A stretch of DNA of 63,918 bases, the filler included, from Octopus bimaculoides (Eukaryota), in the NCBI RefSeq assembly GCF_001194135.2. It is 10 parts of 9 records of this genome, joined end to end, with 100 filler letters (N's around TTAATTAATTAA, not from the genome) between each part and the next. Parts side by side here need not be neighbours in the genome. Positions count along the whole stretch, not along the records: positions 5,493 to 24,887 come from NC_068982.1; positions 24,988 to 30,399 come from NC_069001.1; 8 more parts are not named here. The stretch is one strand, 5' to 3'. Within the stretch, counting starts at the first letter, position 1; the number at the start of each line of letters is the position of its first letter. The notes under the pieces are model-generated. The model searched no databases. It had not been told where the DNA came from and worked only from the letters and a program-made list of their open reading frames with translations. Made by a program: the position numbers and the translations under genes. This document shows positions 13,185 through 26,571 of the stretch, in pieces.

Positions 13185-13914
13185 CATGTATATATGTATA
13201 TATGTACATATATGTATGTTTATATCTATATGTGTGTGTGATTGTGACAGGCATCTGCAATGGAATGTAAATAGTTCAGTAGCAGTCTTATTTTGGTTTT
13301 GAAAATCCCACTAGAGTAAGAACATAGAATATTTAAGTTGGGATATCAGTTAATGGATAAAATTAAGAATATAACACAGATTTTGTGGAATTCAACAAAA
13401 TTATTTCTTGCAGTCATGTGTTGTTGTCTAACAGCAGGTCACAATTGATCAATGAAGTGATAATGAGAATCTTGCTTATTATAGGTGCAAGGCCTGAAAT
13501 TTTAGGGGAGGGAGATAACCGATTACAGTAACCCTAGTACTCAACAGATACTTATTTTATCAACCCAGAAAAGATGAAAGACAAAGTTGACCATGATGGA
13601 ATTTGAACTCAGAATGTAAAGAGCCAGAGGAAATGCTGAAGGTATTTCATTCCTGCAATGAATATACAGACTTGACCAGATTCCCAGACTGGAGATAACT
13701 TCCTGTCTTACTGAAAGCAGTCATTAAGGTCTCCCAAAATTGCAATGTACACTATCCTTCTTCTTATTTTGACAGCATTGCTATAGAAACATTATATAAC
13801 GTAAATTAGTTTAACTATTTATATGTTTCTTAATCTAGAAGTAGGGTGCATTCTTATAAATTCAAACTGTGTGTGTGTATGTGTGTGTAAATGGGTCTTC
13901 TCAAGTACATCAAA

Positions 13915-14285
13915 TTGCTAGTCATCTCAGTCCTTTGTCATCTCTTTCATGAGGCTCAACAACATAAGGTCAGTCATCACTACATCATCTCTTCTTTTCT
14001 TGGGTCTCCCTCTTTCACAAGTTCCATCCACATTCTGTAATCGGCTCATCCTTATGAAGCTGTTCTCATCCATAACTATACCAGCAAGATTTTCTTTCTC
14101 TCACACTACATCTGATACCTCTCATATCTGGTTTTTCACTCAATGTATTTGCACTTTGTCCTATGTTCTCACTGACATTGCTCATCCAGCAAAGCTTGCT
14201 AGCTTCATTTCTTTCAAGTCTTCAGATGTCCTCAACATTTTCTATATTCACAACCCACATCATATAATCTGTTATTCACTCTGAG
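13915..14285 (-). mobile_element. Decayed RTE-like LINE 3' fragment
   Basis: Purine-rich minus strand with remnants of a GRPRK-type C-terminal motif (gtggaacttgtgaaagagggagacccaagaaaag), resembling the 23.7-kb copy. Confidence 0.55.
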
Positions 14286-14490
14286 AGAGAGAGAGAGCAG
14301 CCTTTTGTTACTGATAGCAGTAATAACTCTTTGAACTTTCTCCAGTTGTCTCATATTCTTGTAACTATGCTTTCAGAACAAACTCTGCTGCCACTAATTA
14401 GGGCAATTAGAATGCAGAAATTATCTACTACCTCTAAAAATCCTTCTGGGCATTTGATTAAAATCTATTTCCTGTGTGTCCTTCATGTTC

Positions 14491-14523
<33 letters not shown>

Positions 14524-14864
14524 TGTGTATGTGTGGATCATCATTATCATCATCATTATCACTGTCGTCATCATCATCATCATCATTATCATCATCATCG
14601 CCGTCATCATCATCATCAACATCAACATCATCATTACCGTCGTCATCGTCGTCGTCGTCATCATCATCATCATTCTCATCATCATCATCACCACCATCAT
14701 CATTTTAATGTCTACCTTACTATGCTTGCACCACTTGCTGCTATACAAACCAAACATTTTTGCACACTTGCACACATGTATAAGTAGACTCTAAAGTTTC
14801 CATGATGGGCAGCAGCTTCTTATGTATATGATAGATATCTAGATGCATATATACATGTGGAGGT

Positions 14865-15039
14865 GCATGACTCAGTAATTAGGGTGCCACATTCATGATT
14901 GTAAGATTGTGATTTCGATTCCTGGACTGAGCAACGTGTTGTGTTCAGGAGCAAGACACTTCATTTCACATTGCTCCAGTTCACTCAGCAGTAAATGAGT
15001 AACCCTGGGACAGACTGGCATCCTGTCCAAGGTAGGGGA

Positions 15040-15045
<6 letters not shown>
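14865..15045 (+). mobile_element. Additional tRNA-derived SINE family
   Basis: B-box-like ttcgattcctgg, then gttgtgttc...gagcaagacacttcatttcac...gactggcatcctgtccaagg. An antiparallel relative lies at about 32930-33110. Confidence 0.6.
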
Positions 15046-15108
<63 letters not shown>

Positions 15109-15177
15109 AGAATCCCGGAAACTAGCCTAATGAGCTTCTGGATCAGAAAGGACTTTTGATTCTTTTTTGATAGGCAC

Positions 15178-15570
15178 AGGAGTGGCTGTGTGGTAAGTAG
15201 CTTGCTTACCAACTACCTGGTTCTGGGTTCAGTCCCAATGCATGGCACCTTGGGCAACTGCTTTCTACTACAGCCTCGGGCTGACCAAAGTCTTGTGAGT
15301 GGATTTGGTAGGCAGAAAGTGAAAGAAACCCATTGTATATATATATGTATATGTTTGTGTGTCTGTGTTTCTCACCCCGCCATTGCTTGACAACTGATGT
15401 TGGTGTGTCTACGTCTCCATAACTTAGCAGTTTGGCAAAAAAGACCGATAGAATAAGTACTAGGCTTACAAAGAATAAGTCCTAGGGTCGATTTGTTTGA
15501 CTAAAGGTAGTGCTCCAGCATGGCCACAGTCAAATGACTGAAACAAATAAAAAAGAAAAAGAAAAAATGA
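15178..15570 (+). mobile_element. CORE-type tRNA SINE with internal microsatellite
   Basis: tRNA-like head, CORE-like gcaccttgggcaa...ctactacagcctcggg, internal (TA/TG)n, and 3' ...gctccagcatggccacagtcaaatgactgaaaca. Other copies at about 17315-17710, 22680-22860, 25715-26110, 27700-27930, 33110-33290, 43545-43680, 48500-48650, 56230-56430, 56805-57340 and 57500-57900. Confidence 0.75.
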
Positions 15571-16793
15571 ATAAATAAATATGTTGATGCTATACATTAT
15601 CATAATACTTCTTTCTGGTTGTCTCAATGCGTGTATAGGTAAACATCATTATCATCAACATGATGTTCACATTTTCATGCTTGCATACATTGGACAGAAT
15701 TTGTTGAGGCAGACTTTCTATGGCTGGATGCCCTCCCTGTTGCCAACCTTCACTTATTTCCAGGCAAGATAATATTTTGCCATGGCCAGATATGTTTTTC
15801 ATGAAAGGTTGGAAATAAACAAGCAATCACAAAAAAAGATGCCCCAAAATATAGGTGTATATTGAAGAAATGGGAGAAATGTCTTTTGCACTGATTATAA
15901 TTTAGTTTAGATAAACTGAGATGTTTAAAGTGGGTATTGTAACCAAAGTTTTTCTAGTTTCCACTTGTACATGATCATGCATCAGTTGTTGTACTCTAAA
16001 CATTTTCATTCAGTTTTTCTGTTCTATGATTTGGTTGAAACTGAGATGAAGGACTGCTACAGAGTTCTTAATTTCTATTTAGTATGTCTCTAAGTGCAGA
16101 AGACAAAGTTAGATTTGATTCTACTGAGGAAAATAATGATATGCATGGGCGACTGACTACTTAAAGACACTGTTCAATCAGAAAGTTCATCCACTGACAG
16201 CATGCAAATCATGAAAAATATTCAACAAGGCAGTGGAATAAATTATGTTGTAATGGAATCAAACACTACCAGAAAAACTAGATTAAAGTTTAGTAAGTGC
16301 AAAGAAGTCAAAACAAGTGAAAGTATCGATTGACAATGTACTGCCTGCTATTTTCATGAATTCTTCAATATTCTCTCTTCAAATATCCATGATTGCACAT
16401 AGAAATACATTACACGTGAAAATAGGTTATGCGTCCAGAAAATTAGAGTAGCTAAAAATATGTGTTGAATTTGTTGAGCAAATTAAGCATGTTGTTTTGC
16501 AGAATGTGGTAAGTGATGTGTGTATTGCCTCCTACTAGACATTATTGTAAATGAAAGTAATGGTATTTTGCTTTGTAAAATGCTGACTTTTTTTTTTTTA
16601 TCTTGGGTTTTGTTCATGTATTTGCTGAAATGATGTAGTTATCAGTATAATACTGTCAATGACTTGCATCAGTTAAATGTGTTTATACTGATAATCAATA
16701 GAATGTGAAAAACAATAATACTTGCTTCAAGTTGTGTGAGTGCATTACTCAGAAAGAAATTCCAGGTCTCAAAGAAAAATTTATGTAACTTAC

Positions 16794-16833
16794 TTGAAAG
16801 TTCTTAATTTGATGAATGAAAAAATGTACTTTT
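16794..16833 (-). CDS. Candidate exon of gene X
   Basis: 40 nt, tattctccatag|A AAA GTA...TTT CAA|gtaagt, phase 2 to 0, KVHFFIHQIKNFQ. Confidence 0.5.
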
Positions 16834-19161
16834 CTATGGAGAATATAGAAACACTTTTTTGCATAATATATATACAGTATTTAGAAGACTATCACAAAAA
16901 AAAAATCTAAATTTGAAGGAAATGCCTTTAATCACAGAATATGAATTAGTCTTAAACAGACAATTATACAAGATTAATTTGAAGTCAGGATATTTTGCAG
17001 GAAATGTGAAGGTAAAACATGTGAAACATATATCTAAGATGGCATTGTTAAATATTATTTGAAAATATAGAATCCACAAAGATCTGTTTCTATTGTAATT
17101 TTAAATTGTATGTTGAATAAATTAATGAAGGTATGCCATGGTTGTTGTTGCTGTTGTCATCATACCCATCCCCAGATCAGCTCTGATCAAGCAGACCAAC
17201 TACTGCTAAGCATTTCGCCCAGCATGCTAACGTTTCTGCCAGCTCACTGCCTTACATATGCAAATATTCTGATCAAGCCATACATGCAACAGATACAAGC
17301 AAATTTCTGATAGGTATGGCTGAGTATTAAGAAATTTATTTCCCAACCACATTGTTCCAAATTCAGTCCCATGATGTGGCACCTTGAACAAGTGTCTTCT
17401 ACTATAGCCTTCAGCTGATCAAAGCCTTGTGAGTGGATTTGGTTGATGGAAACTGAAAGAAGCCTGTCGTATGTATGTGTGTGTGTCTTTGTTTCTGAGA
17501 AGGTCCCCTACCACCACTTGACAATTAGTGTCAGTGTGTCTATATCCCTGTAACTTAGTGGTTCAGCAAAAACAACAGATAAAATACTACCAAACTTTGA
17601 AAAATTAAGTCCTGGAGTTGATTTATTCGATTATAATTCTTCAAGGCTGTGCTCCAGCATGGCCACAATCTAATGATTGAAACAATTAAAAGATACAAAT
17701 AAAAAGAAATAAATTTAAATAAAGAAGATAATGACTGTACAACACAGCAGTTAGTTGTGTTGTAAACATTAAAACTTATAGACAATAGATCATTTAAGAA
17801 GTGCACTTTTACCACAAATGATGTGAAGCTGACACATTTTACTATGTTTTTGCTATATAGAAGCCAAATTAATTTTCAGTTTAGTGAACTGTGTTATGAC
17901 AACATTTCAAAATATATTAGAGTATTTTTTTTTTTTTGTTCGTCCCACACACACACACATAGAAATGCTAATACAGTACAAGTTATATCTTGCAGATAAA
18001 TTTCATGTTGAATTTTACTCTTTGTTTATTAATTCTGGAAAAACCATAAAACAGAAATAAAACAAAAAAAAAGGAAAGCAAAACTATTTCATACTCTTAA
18101 TGAAAATAATGAAATTTACCAGAAAAAAGATATTTCAGTTAAAGTTACTTTTTAATACTTCTTTGAATATTTTATATTCAACTACATTTTTAGTGGAATA
18201 GAAAAAGTATGCAAATTCAGTTTTTGAAATAATTTTGAGGTGTTCTAAATGTAAAATTGCTTCCAGCCTAGAATTGCCCAGACAAACCCAATTACTCCTC
18301 ATGAGTTATCATATTTTTTTTTTGCATCTGCTTCTTTTAATAAGAGAGATCATTGATTGTGATTGTCTTCAATAGAAGCCTGCTTTATGAGTTATTATTT
18401 GCAAGGATATGTAAAGAAATGTAAAAAAGGAATCGTTATAATCTATTCCAAAATAAATTATCAAAAGGAATATAATCTCTCTCACTTGATGTAACATCAC
18501 CAATAGTGGGGGAATCATTATAGTTCTATTTTTCCTCCATTTTGAGAGAAGTAGTTAAGTGGGCTCTAAAATATTTTAGTAGTGAGCTGTAAGATTTTTT
18601 TTAATTAAGACTGCACCTGTTGTGAAAAACAAAGCATTAGCTTTCATAATAATTCTTTTGAAGAAATGTAAGGACAACAGCTTTGTATGTGTTTCAGTCT
18701 TATTAGACCATGCCAACTAAATATAGTCTAACCTAAACTTATCAGATCCAGTGAAATGAGAGAAGAAAGATTTTAAGATAAAAAAGTTCACTGATTAGAC
18801 AAATAAAAAGGATGATTGAGGAGAATTTCCGTTTGAATGAAGAATATATACTTAATTGGAAGTTAACATACTTAATGAAGAGAACAAAAGGATTTTTTAA
18901 TCAATTAAGATTTCACTTATAATGAAGATAGAAATCTTTATACTGTGTTCTACCAAAAGTTTGATTTACAATTAAGTTTTATGTTTGTACTCTTATATGA
19001 TTGATTCAGACAACTGTCATAATATTGTGTCTCTCTCTGATGTTTGTACAATTTATATATTAATATTCTTGATTGATCCATCATGTTTGTCCAGCTTATG
19101 TTGGCAGAGTATAGATGGTTTCCATCGATATAGTTATTAAAATATTTTTCAAATCTCTTAC

Positions 19162-19220
19162 CCACTAGAAAGTATATTCACTATATATATATGTTTCAGT
19201 AAATTTTGAACTTGTTTTCT
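19162..19220 (-). CDS. Candidate exon of gene X
   Basis: 59 nt, gtgtgcatag|AGA AAA...AGT GG|gtaaga, phase 0 to 2, RKQVQNLLKHIYIVNILSS(G). The acceptor is modest. Confidence 0.4.
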
Positions 19221-19361
19221 CTATGCACACCTTATGCAGCATACAAATTTTCTTTATCTAACACTCCACATATGGGTTAATTTCACAAATCTTACAATAA
19301 TTTCTATTTATGATTTTACCAAATGATTATGATTTAAAGATGATAGATCTCATAGATTTAC

Positions 19362-19424
19362 CTGATATTTTTTATGACAGTCAGATGATGGTGATCCAGT
19401 ATCTACACAGTCCACTGGTTGAAA
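19362..19424 (-). CDS. Candidate exon of unidentified gene X
   Basis: 63 nt, ctattcttttcctag|...TAT CAG|gtaaat. Only phase 0 is open: FQPVDCVDTGSPSSDCHKKYQ. Flanked by 90- and 141-nt introns to neighbouring candidate exons. Confidence 0.5.
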
Positions 19425-19514
19425 CTAGGAAAAGAATAGAATAATATATAGACAGATATTAACCTATGATTTTGTAGGGTTTCATGAACAAGTAAATTGA
19501 TATGGATGAGGTAC

Positions 19515-19536
19515 CTGGACTTCTGTATGCTGATAT
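19515..19536 (-). CDS. Candidate 22-nt exon of gene X
   Basis: tttcttcattttag|ATATCAGCATACAGAAGTCCAG|gtacct. Read phase 2 to 0 it gives (R)YQHTEVQ and joins the 63-nt exon in frame. Confidence 0.45.
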
Positions 19537-21214
19537 CTAAAATGAAGAAATTCCAGTAGGTTGTAGATTTGAAAAAAAGGGACTATTTGAATTATTTTGT
19601 ATAGAATTAGAGGGATAAGAATCAGTGTAGAGGATGGGAAAGAGGTGTGCACAACAGGAACTTTTCGGTCCAATTTCCTTTTAGTTTTTCCAAATCTCTT
19701 TGATATTATTGAATTGCGCAACTTAGCAAGATTCATACATCCCGGTAATGACTTTGGATTATACAATAATAACCAGTGTCATGAAAATTAAGAAAGATTA
19801 AATCAAATCATTTGCAGACTAATGTAACACATAAAAACAATATAGCATCTGTTCTTGCAAAGTTAGCTTCTACAAATTTTACCAATATGATTTTATTTAA
19901 TAAAGGATTTTATTACACACTAAATCATACACAAAACTCTGAGCTTTGCTAACCTTTAATTCTTTTAAATGCTGAAAATAATTTGAATATTACTGATTTA
20001 TAGTCTGACTTCAAACATCATTGAGAGCAATTTTGCCTTTCATTTTTCTGTATGGATAAAACAATGAGTTAATTGAGTAATGGAGTTAATTTTTATAAAG
20101 TATCTTAGATATGAATAGTTTTAATAGAATGCTAAGTTTAAGACACTTATAACATCACTTTAAAACTGACTACTGCAATTTTATATTATGAAAATAAAAG
20201 CTTCCTGAATCACCTTATTCATATCAAATACATACTCATTTTAAACTAAAGAAGGAAAATCTTATTCAATTAGCTGAAATTTGCATTATTAGCTAATGCA
20301 GTTATTTAATCAATTTTATGTAAGTGAGCAGTTTTGTGGTTTGAAGAATTATGAAGTTGACCAAAATATGCAATTGTCCATCATACAATTTTAGCAGAAA
20401 TGATTCCATAATCAATATAAAATCACTCATCAGATTTTTTGGAAAAAATCCTAGTGTGTAAGCATGTAATACTCCTTTTCAACACACCTCAAGCTGTAAA
20501 TGTAAAGGATATCGTAATTCTAAAGTTCAGATTCCTTTCAAAAAAAAAAAGGGGTGACAAAACTGGGTGAAGAACTCATCAGGAATTCAACACCGTTTTG
20601 TATAGTGCATGTGTTTGTGTGTGCAGTCATGTGCATATGTGTATACATGGATTTATTTAGTCCTTTAATTACCAGATTACTTAATATTGGATTTAAATTT
20701 TGATACAACGCCAGCAATTTTGGGGGAGAGGGAAAGTTGTTTACATTGACCACAGTGCATGACTGGTACTTACTTTACTGACTCCAAAAGGCTGAAAGGC
20801 AAAGTCGACCTTGGCGGAATTTGAGCTCAGAATGTAAAGACAAACATAATGCCACTTTGCATTTTTCCCAGTCTGCTAATGATTCTGCCAGCTTGTTGCC
20901 CAAAGCAATCTACTTAATATTATAAATATTGAAGAGTTCCTATCAATATTAAAATAATAATTGAAATATTCTTTTTAGATAAATAATTATTTCTAATTTA
21001 GGAACATTGCTGACAAGTTTTAGGTGAAAGAGATTACTCAATATTATCAATTCCAGTATTTGATTGAATTTATTTTATCGATTGCAGAATGTAAAGAAAG
21101 AGATGAAATGTTATAAGGCATTTCTTCCGATGCTCAGATAGTTCTACCAAATCACCAATTCCTTCCAAATATTACAATAACAATAACATGAAATTTCAGT
21201 GGTGAAACATTTAC

Positions 21215-21242
21215 CTTTGGCTGTGTTCCAACCAGCAACCAG
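21215..21242 (-). CDS. Candidate 28-nt exon of gene X
   Basis: ggttcttaag|CTGGTTGCTGGTTGGAACACAGCCAAAG|gtaaat. All three frames are open; phase 1 to 2 (GCWLEHSQR) links to the 19536 exon. Confidence 0.3.
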
Positions 21243-21288
21243 CTTAAGAACCATAATGCACAAACACACACACACACACACGCACACA

Positions 21289-21321
<33 letters not shown>

Positions 21322-23149
21322 GCAACACACACACACACACACATATGCACACACATGCACACACATACATGCAAACAAATAGATGGATATGTATGTATAA
21401 ATGCATGTATATGTGTATATAATAGATAAATAAATACATACACACACACTCACACATGCACACACACACGCACACACACACATACATACAAACAATAGAT
21501 GGATATGTATGTATAAATGCATGTATATGTGTATATGATAAATAAATAAATACATACATACATACACACACACATATGTTATATATTATAATGCATACAT
21601 ATATACACATAATATATATTATGTATGTAATATATGTATTATCTATATGTGTTTCACACACATATAGACATATGTACACACACGTTCATACATACATATA
21701 TGCATGCAGACATACATACATACATACATACACACCTCACACTTTTGACTTTTATCTGTGTGTCACACGCCTATCCCTCTTTCTCACCTCTTTCCACTTC
21801 ACATCACCTGCTTATTTCTAAAATTTTAACTATAGATTACATTATACTGCTATTCTGCACCTACTTTTTTGTACTGCCACTTAGCATTTCTTCCTTCCTG
21901 ACCCATTCTTATTTCTTTCACCTTTCCCCCACTAAACTAATATTAACCATCGACCATGTAAAAGCACTTACTACACTCTCAGAGTGGTTGGCGTTAGAAA
22001 GGGCATCCAGCTGTAGAAACTCTGCCAAATCAGATTGGAGCCTGGTGTAGCCTTCGGGTTTCACCAGTCCTCAGTCAAATCGTCCAACCCATGCTAGCAT
22101 GGAAAGCGGACGTTAAACGATGATGATGATGATGACCATGCCTCCACCCTTATTCCCTATTAATTGCATTCACTTCTAACCCTATCTCTAATAACCAACC
22201 ATCACTTTTTTTTCCAAAACCTCATGAATTTGCCCACCTTTTCTGGTACATGATACCCTGTGACTATTCTTCATTAAATTCACATTTTTCTGCCTTGAGG
22301 GTATTCTGACACCCAATTAACACTTCATCTCTATTTCCAATAGCAGCAACCATGTATCTTCTCTACAGCAAGAAACCCAATCCTGTCCCTCAATCATATT
22401 TTAGCATCTCAGTACCTGGCTAAAGTCACTTCCCCATCTACTATATACCTGCTCAGTTGAGGATGTTTGTCTTGCAAGTGCTGGTGCTATGAATAAAGCA
22501 TCCAAGACATAATGTAAAGTGGTTGATGTAAAGAAGACATCCAGTTGTTGAAACCATATCAAAGCTGACATCGAAGCTTGATGCAGCCCTCTGGCTTGTT
22601 GGATCCTGTTGAACCAGCCAACCCATGCCAGCATTAGGGAACAAACTTTATATGACAGTAATAATGATGATGATGATGACAATGTTATCCAGGCTATGTG
22701 ACAAGATGCTTGCTTCCCAGCCACATGGTTCTGGCAGCAGTTCCACTGCATGCCACTTTGCACAAGTGTCTTATTGTCTTCTACTATAACCTCAGGCTGA
22801 CCAAAGCCTTGTGAGTAGATTTGGTAGATGAAAACTGAAAGAAGCCCATCGTATATATGTATATATATATATAAAGTAAAATAGAATGCAAAAACTACAG
22901 AAGACTTGTATAATATGGTTAAAGAATATATTTAAACCGTCATGTTAGGAAAATGTGATAAAATTTTGTGTGTAGTGACACTGTTTTGGGAGAAATTACC
23001 AGTTTCCTATTTTCTTTTCAAATTTCTCAAATTTCTTTATTGATACTGTGCCATCTCTTTGCTATGGTGTGATATAGGAGAGTTCCAAACAGGGAATAAA
23101 ATAGACATATATNNNNNNNNNNNNNNNNNNNNNNNNNNNNNNNNNNNNN

Positions 23150-23785
23150 TGCACCAGGCTTCAATCTGATCTGGCAGAGTTTCTACAGCTGGATGTCCTT
23201 CCTAACGCCAACCACTCCGAGAGTGTAGTAGGTGCTTTTACGTGCCACCGGCACGAGGGACAATCACGCGGTACTGGCAACGGCCACGCTCAAAATGGTG
23301 TTTTTTACATGCCACCTGCACTGCTCGAATGATTTTCGAAATGTTCCACCGGCACAAGTGCCAGTAAGGCAATGCTGGTAACGATCATGCTCATATGGTG
23401 CTATATACGGGCCACTAGCACGGAAGCTAGACACCTGCTTTGGCAATGATCACACTCGGACAGTGCTGTTAGTGCTCCACTGGCACAGGTGCCAGTCATC
23501 GAATATGGTTCAATTATGATTTCGATTTCACTTGCCCCAACAGGTCTTTGCAAGCAAGATATAGTGTCCAATGAAGGAGAGGTTGGCATGGGTGCCAGTC
23601 GTCGAAGTTGGTTCGATTTCGATTTCAAATTCACTTGCCTCAACAGGTCTTCCTGGGTCTACCTCTTCCATAGGTTCCCTCAAACGCTAGGGTGTGGCAC
23701 TTTTTCACACAGCTATCCTCATCCATTCTTGCCACATGTCCATACCAGCGCAATCGTCTCTCTTGCACACCTTGCTTCTTAGGTC
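23150..23785 (-). mobile_element. RTE LINE 3' end (ORF C-terminus plus 3' UTR)
   Basis: GVQERRLRWYGHVARMDEDSCVKKCHTLAFEGTYGRGRPRKT, followed by the conserved 3'-tail sequence shared with many dispersed copies. Confidence 0.85.
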
Positions 23786-23788
23786 TAA

Positions 23789-23852
<64 letters not shown>

Positions 23853-24989
23853 TATAAATCCCCCAAAAATGAAGAACAAACACAAAAACAACAACATGAG
23901 GATGTGGTACATGTAAAGTATTCAGGGAAAGAAATAAAGGTGGTTTTATATTTCGAGCAAAGCTCTTCTTCAGAAGCAGGAGATACAGGAAAGTCCAATA
24001 GAAGAAGATGGAGGAAAGAAAATCACCAACGATTCACATGTGGTTACATACATATATATATATATATTCTTTTATTCATTTCAGTCATGCAGCGGTGGTC
24101 ATGCTGGAGCACCACCGTCTATTTAGAATGAATATTTACACTAGAAATGGAATTGAGGAATCCTCTCGGTTAATGTAAAATTGTTTTTAATATAGCACGT
24201 TATAAAAATAAACATTAATACACATACACAAACACACACACATGCACACACACATACACAAGCACACAAATGCATGCACAGACACACACACATGCACGTA
24301 CACATACACACATGCACACATATGTGCACATGCACACGTGCATACATGCACACATATACATGCATGCACACACACACACACACACATTATATGATGGCAT
24401 GCATAATTATTTATTTTACTCTTATAGTTATTTATTTATATTTTAGGCTGTTATTTGGAACATAACCAAAGACAAATATTTATCTACTGAAATCCCATGT
24501 TAACTTTCTTGTAATAAGGACATTTCAATGAATATTTCAATTTAAATATTTTGCAGTTCCTGTGATACATGAAGGCATTTAGTACAAGAAACCTAAGTAA
24601 TTAGGATACGAGAGATAATGTGATGTTATGAGAGGTAGAGAGTTAGAACAAATGAGAGTGCATGTGTGTGTGTGCGTGTGTGTATGTGTGCATGTGTGTG
24701 CATGCACATGCATATATATATGTATATATATATATATGTGTATATATATGTGTGTATGTATATATATTCATTTTCTAAGCTTCCTAAATTCATGCTACGT
24801 ATATATTCTATTCACCTAGATTTCATTGCTCTTTTAAAAATTACGATTTATGCATTGTTGTCTCTCAAATATTTAAAATCTACGATTNNNNNNNNNNNNN
24901 NNNNNNNNNNNNNNNNNNNNNNNNNNNNNNNTTAATTAATTAANNNNNNNNNNNNNNNNNNNNNNNNNNNNNNNNNNNNNNNNNNNNTT

Positions 24990-25295
24990 ATTGAGCGAAA
25001 ACACCTAAAGCTCCACAAGGCTCCAACAGGGGATGGTGGCGAACCTTGCTGTACTCTTCCACCACAACTTTCTCTCACTCTTACTTCCTGTTTCTGTTGT
25101 GCCTGTAATTCAAAGGGTCAGCCTTGTCACACTCTGTGTCACGCTGAATATCCCTGAGAACTATGTTAAGGGCACTCGTGTCTGTGGAGTGCTCAGCCAC
25201 TTTCACGTTAATTTCACGAGCAGGCTGTTCCGTTGATCAGATTAACTGGAACCCTCGATGTCGTAAGCGACGGAGTGCCAACGAACAATGGCGAA
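24990..25295 (+). repeat. Dispersed SINE/LINE-tail repeat
   Basis: About 90% identical to 51506-51760, which ends in (CAA)n. Confidence 0.75.
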
Positions 25296-25434
25296 GACAC
25301 GTAGCAGTAGAGAGGCGCATATATAATGGCATGGTGCCAATACTACAACAAAGAAGAAGAACAACAACAACAACAGGAGAAAACAATATAGGACAAAAAC
25401 CCAAATATTAATAATTCCAATATTGATCACTTAC

Positions 25435-25548
25435 AGCTTCCAACTGAAATTTTTTGTTCATTAATATCTCGAGAAATTGGTTAACATGTGCAAGGTCAAG
25501 GTTATCTTCCAAGATGTCGTGAAAATCTAGAGTACTGTTTGAGCCATT
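25435..25548 (-). CDS. COP1: COP1/RFWD2 coiled-coil exon
   Basis: 114 nt, ctcttcgtccag|...GAA GCT|gtaagt, phase 0 to 0. It encodes NGSNSTLDFHDILEDNLDLAHVNQFLEILMNKKFQLEA versus human ...[26 protein letters not shown]. Confidence 0.92.
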
Positions 25549-26229
25549 CTGGACGAAGAGAGAGTGTAAGTTTAATTAGCAATCAACATACATAAACATA
25601 CTCCACACCCAATGTAAACGAGAAGAAAAAAACATGATGGTCACAGCTGGATTGTCTGCTCATAGGTCTACTGGATCAAAGCTGACCCAAGATTAAAAGA
25701 TTATCACTTTATCTGCAATAAGTGTAGGTGTGGCTGTATAGTAAGAAGTTTGGTTCCCAGCCACATGGTTCTAGGTTCAGTTCCACTGCATGGCACCTTG
25801 GTCTTCTGTTACGGCCTTGGGCCAACCAAAGCCTTGTGAGTGGATTTGGTTGATAGAAACTGAAGGAAACCTGCTGTATATGCATGTATGTGTCTTTGAT
25901 GGCTTCCCCACCCCACACAGTTTGACAACTGGCTTTAGTGTGTTTATGTCCCTGTAACTTAGCGATTCAACAAAAGCGACCAATAAATTAAGTATCAGGT
26001 TATAAAAAAAAAAAGCCAACAGGTACTAGTGTTGATTTGTAGAGCTAAAATTCTTCAAAGTAGTGCCCCAGCATGGTCGCAGTCTAATGACAACCAAGTA
26101 AGAGATAAAAGAATCTTTGGTTGTCGTGTTGTTCGCTCTTTTGCTGGAACCCCGACCCTCAAGTACCATTGCCTTGTTGCTGGGATTTTCAAGCATAGCC
26201 ACTTATAAATAAAAGGGTCTCACCCTTTC

Positions 26230-26453
26230 TTAACCCTTTAGCATTTAAACTGATCATATCCAACCCAAATATTCTGTTTTATGTTCAAACCAGCTAGATC
26301 TGCCCTCTTACACCTACCCTACAATGCCAGTCTGAATATATACACTCATATCTTCAAAATCTCAAAGATGTGAGATAATGCATGATTAATTCAAAGCAAT
26401 GTGAATAAATAAGCATTACATTTGACAGAATAATTCGAACACTCAAGGATTAA
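26230..26453. mobile_element. piggyBac-like MITE
   Basis: TTAA|CCCTTT...AAGGA|TTAA termini; a diverged second copy lies at about 53715-53925. Confidence 0.65.
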
Positions 26454-26512
26454 GGTGTCTCATGACTGACTAGTAATGTAGAGAACAAATAAGAATATTT
26501 GGTTCAACGTAC

Positions 26513-26571
26513 CTGTAACCGTAACTGTTTTTCTTCCAGTCTGTTTTTATATTTTAATATTAATTCATTTA
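26513..26571 (-). CDS. COP1: COP1/RFWD2 exon after the RING (start of coiled coil)
   Basis: 59 nt, ccttttcag|TA AAT GAA...TTA CAG|gtacgt, phase 1 to 0, compatible with the previous exon. It encodes (L)NELILKYKNRLEEKQLRLQ versus human [20 protein letters not shown]. Confidence 0.92.

Noticed and set aside
18950-19165. 71-aa ORF GKRFEKYFNNY...
   Set aside because: It begins at a consensus GTAAGA donor (19161) and is more simply intron sequence that is open by chance.
19515-19580. LLEFLHFR resembling the next COP1 exon (QILMEFLK)
   Set aside because: No in-phase acceptor, it lies across a spacer from COP1, and the sequence is better explained as the polypyrimidine tract of the 22-nt exon.
21240-21580. 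About 125-bp tandem duplication within CA/TA repeats
   Set aside because: Ordinary slippage or unequal crossover in microsatellite DNA; no additional signal.
23000-23061. Minus-strand exon candidate QRDGTVSIKKFEKFEKKIGN
   Set aside because: Joining it to the gene X chain creates TG|A stops or a quickly terminating frame; left unassigned.
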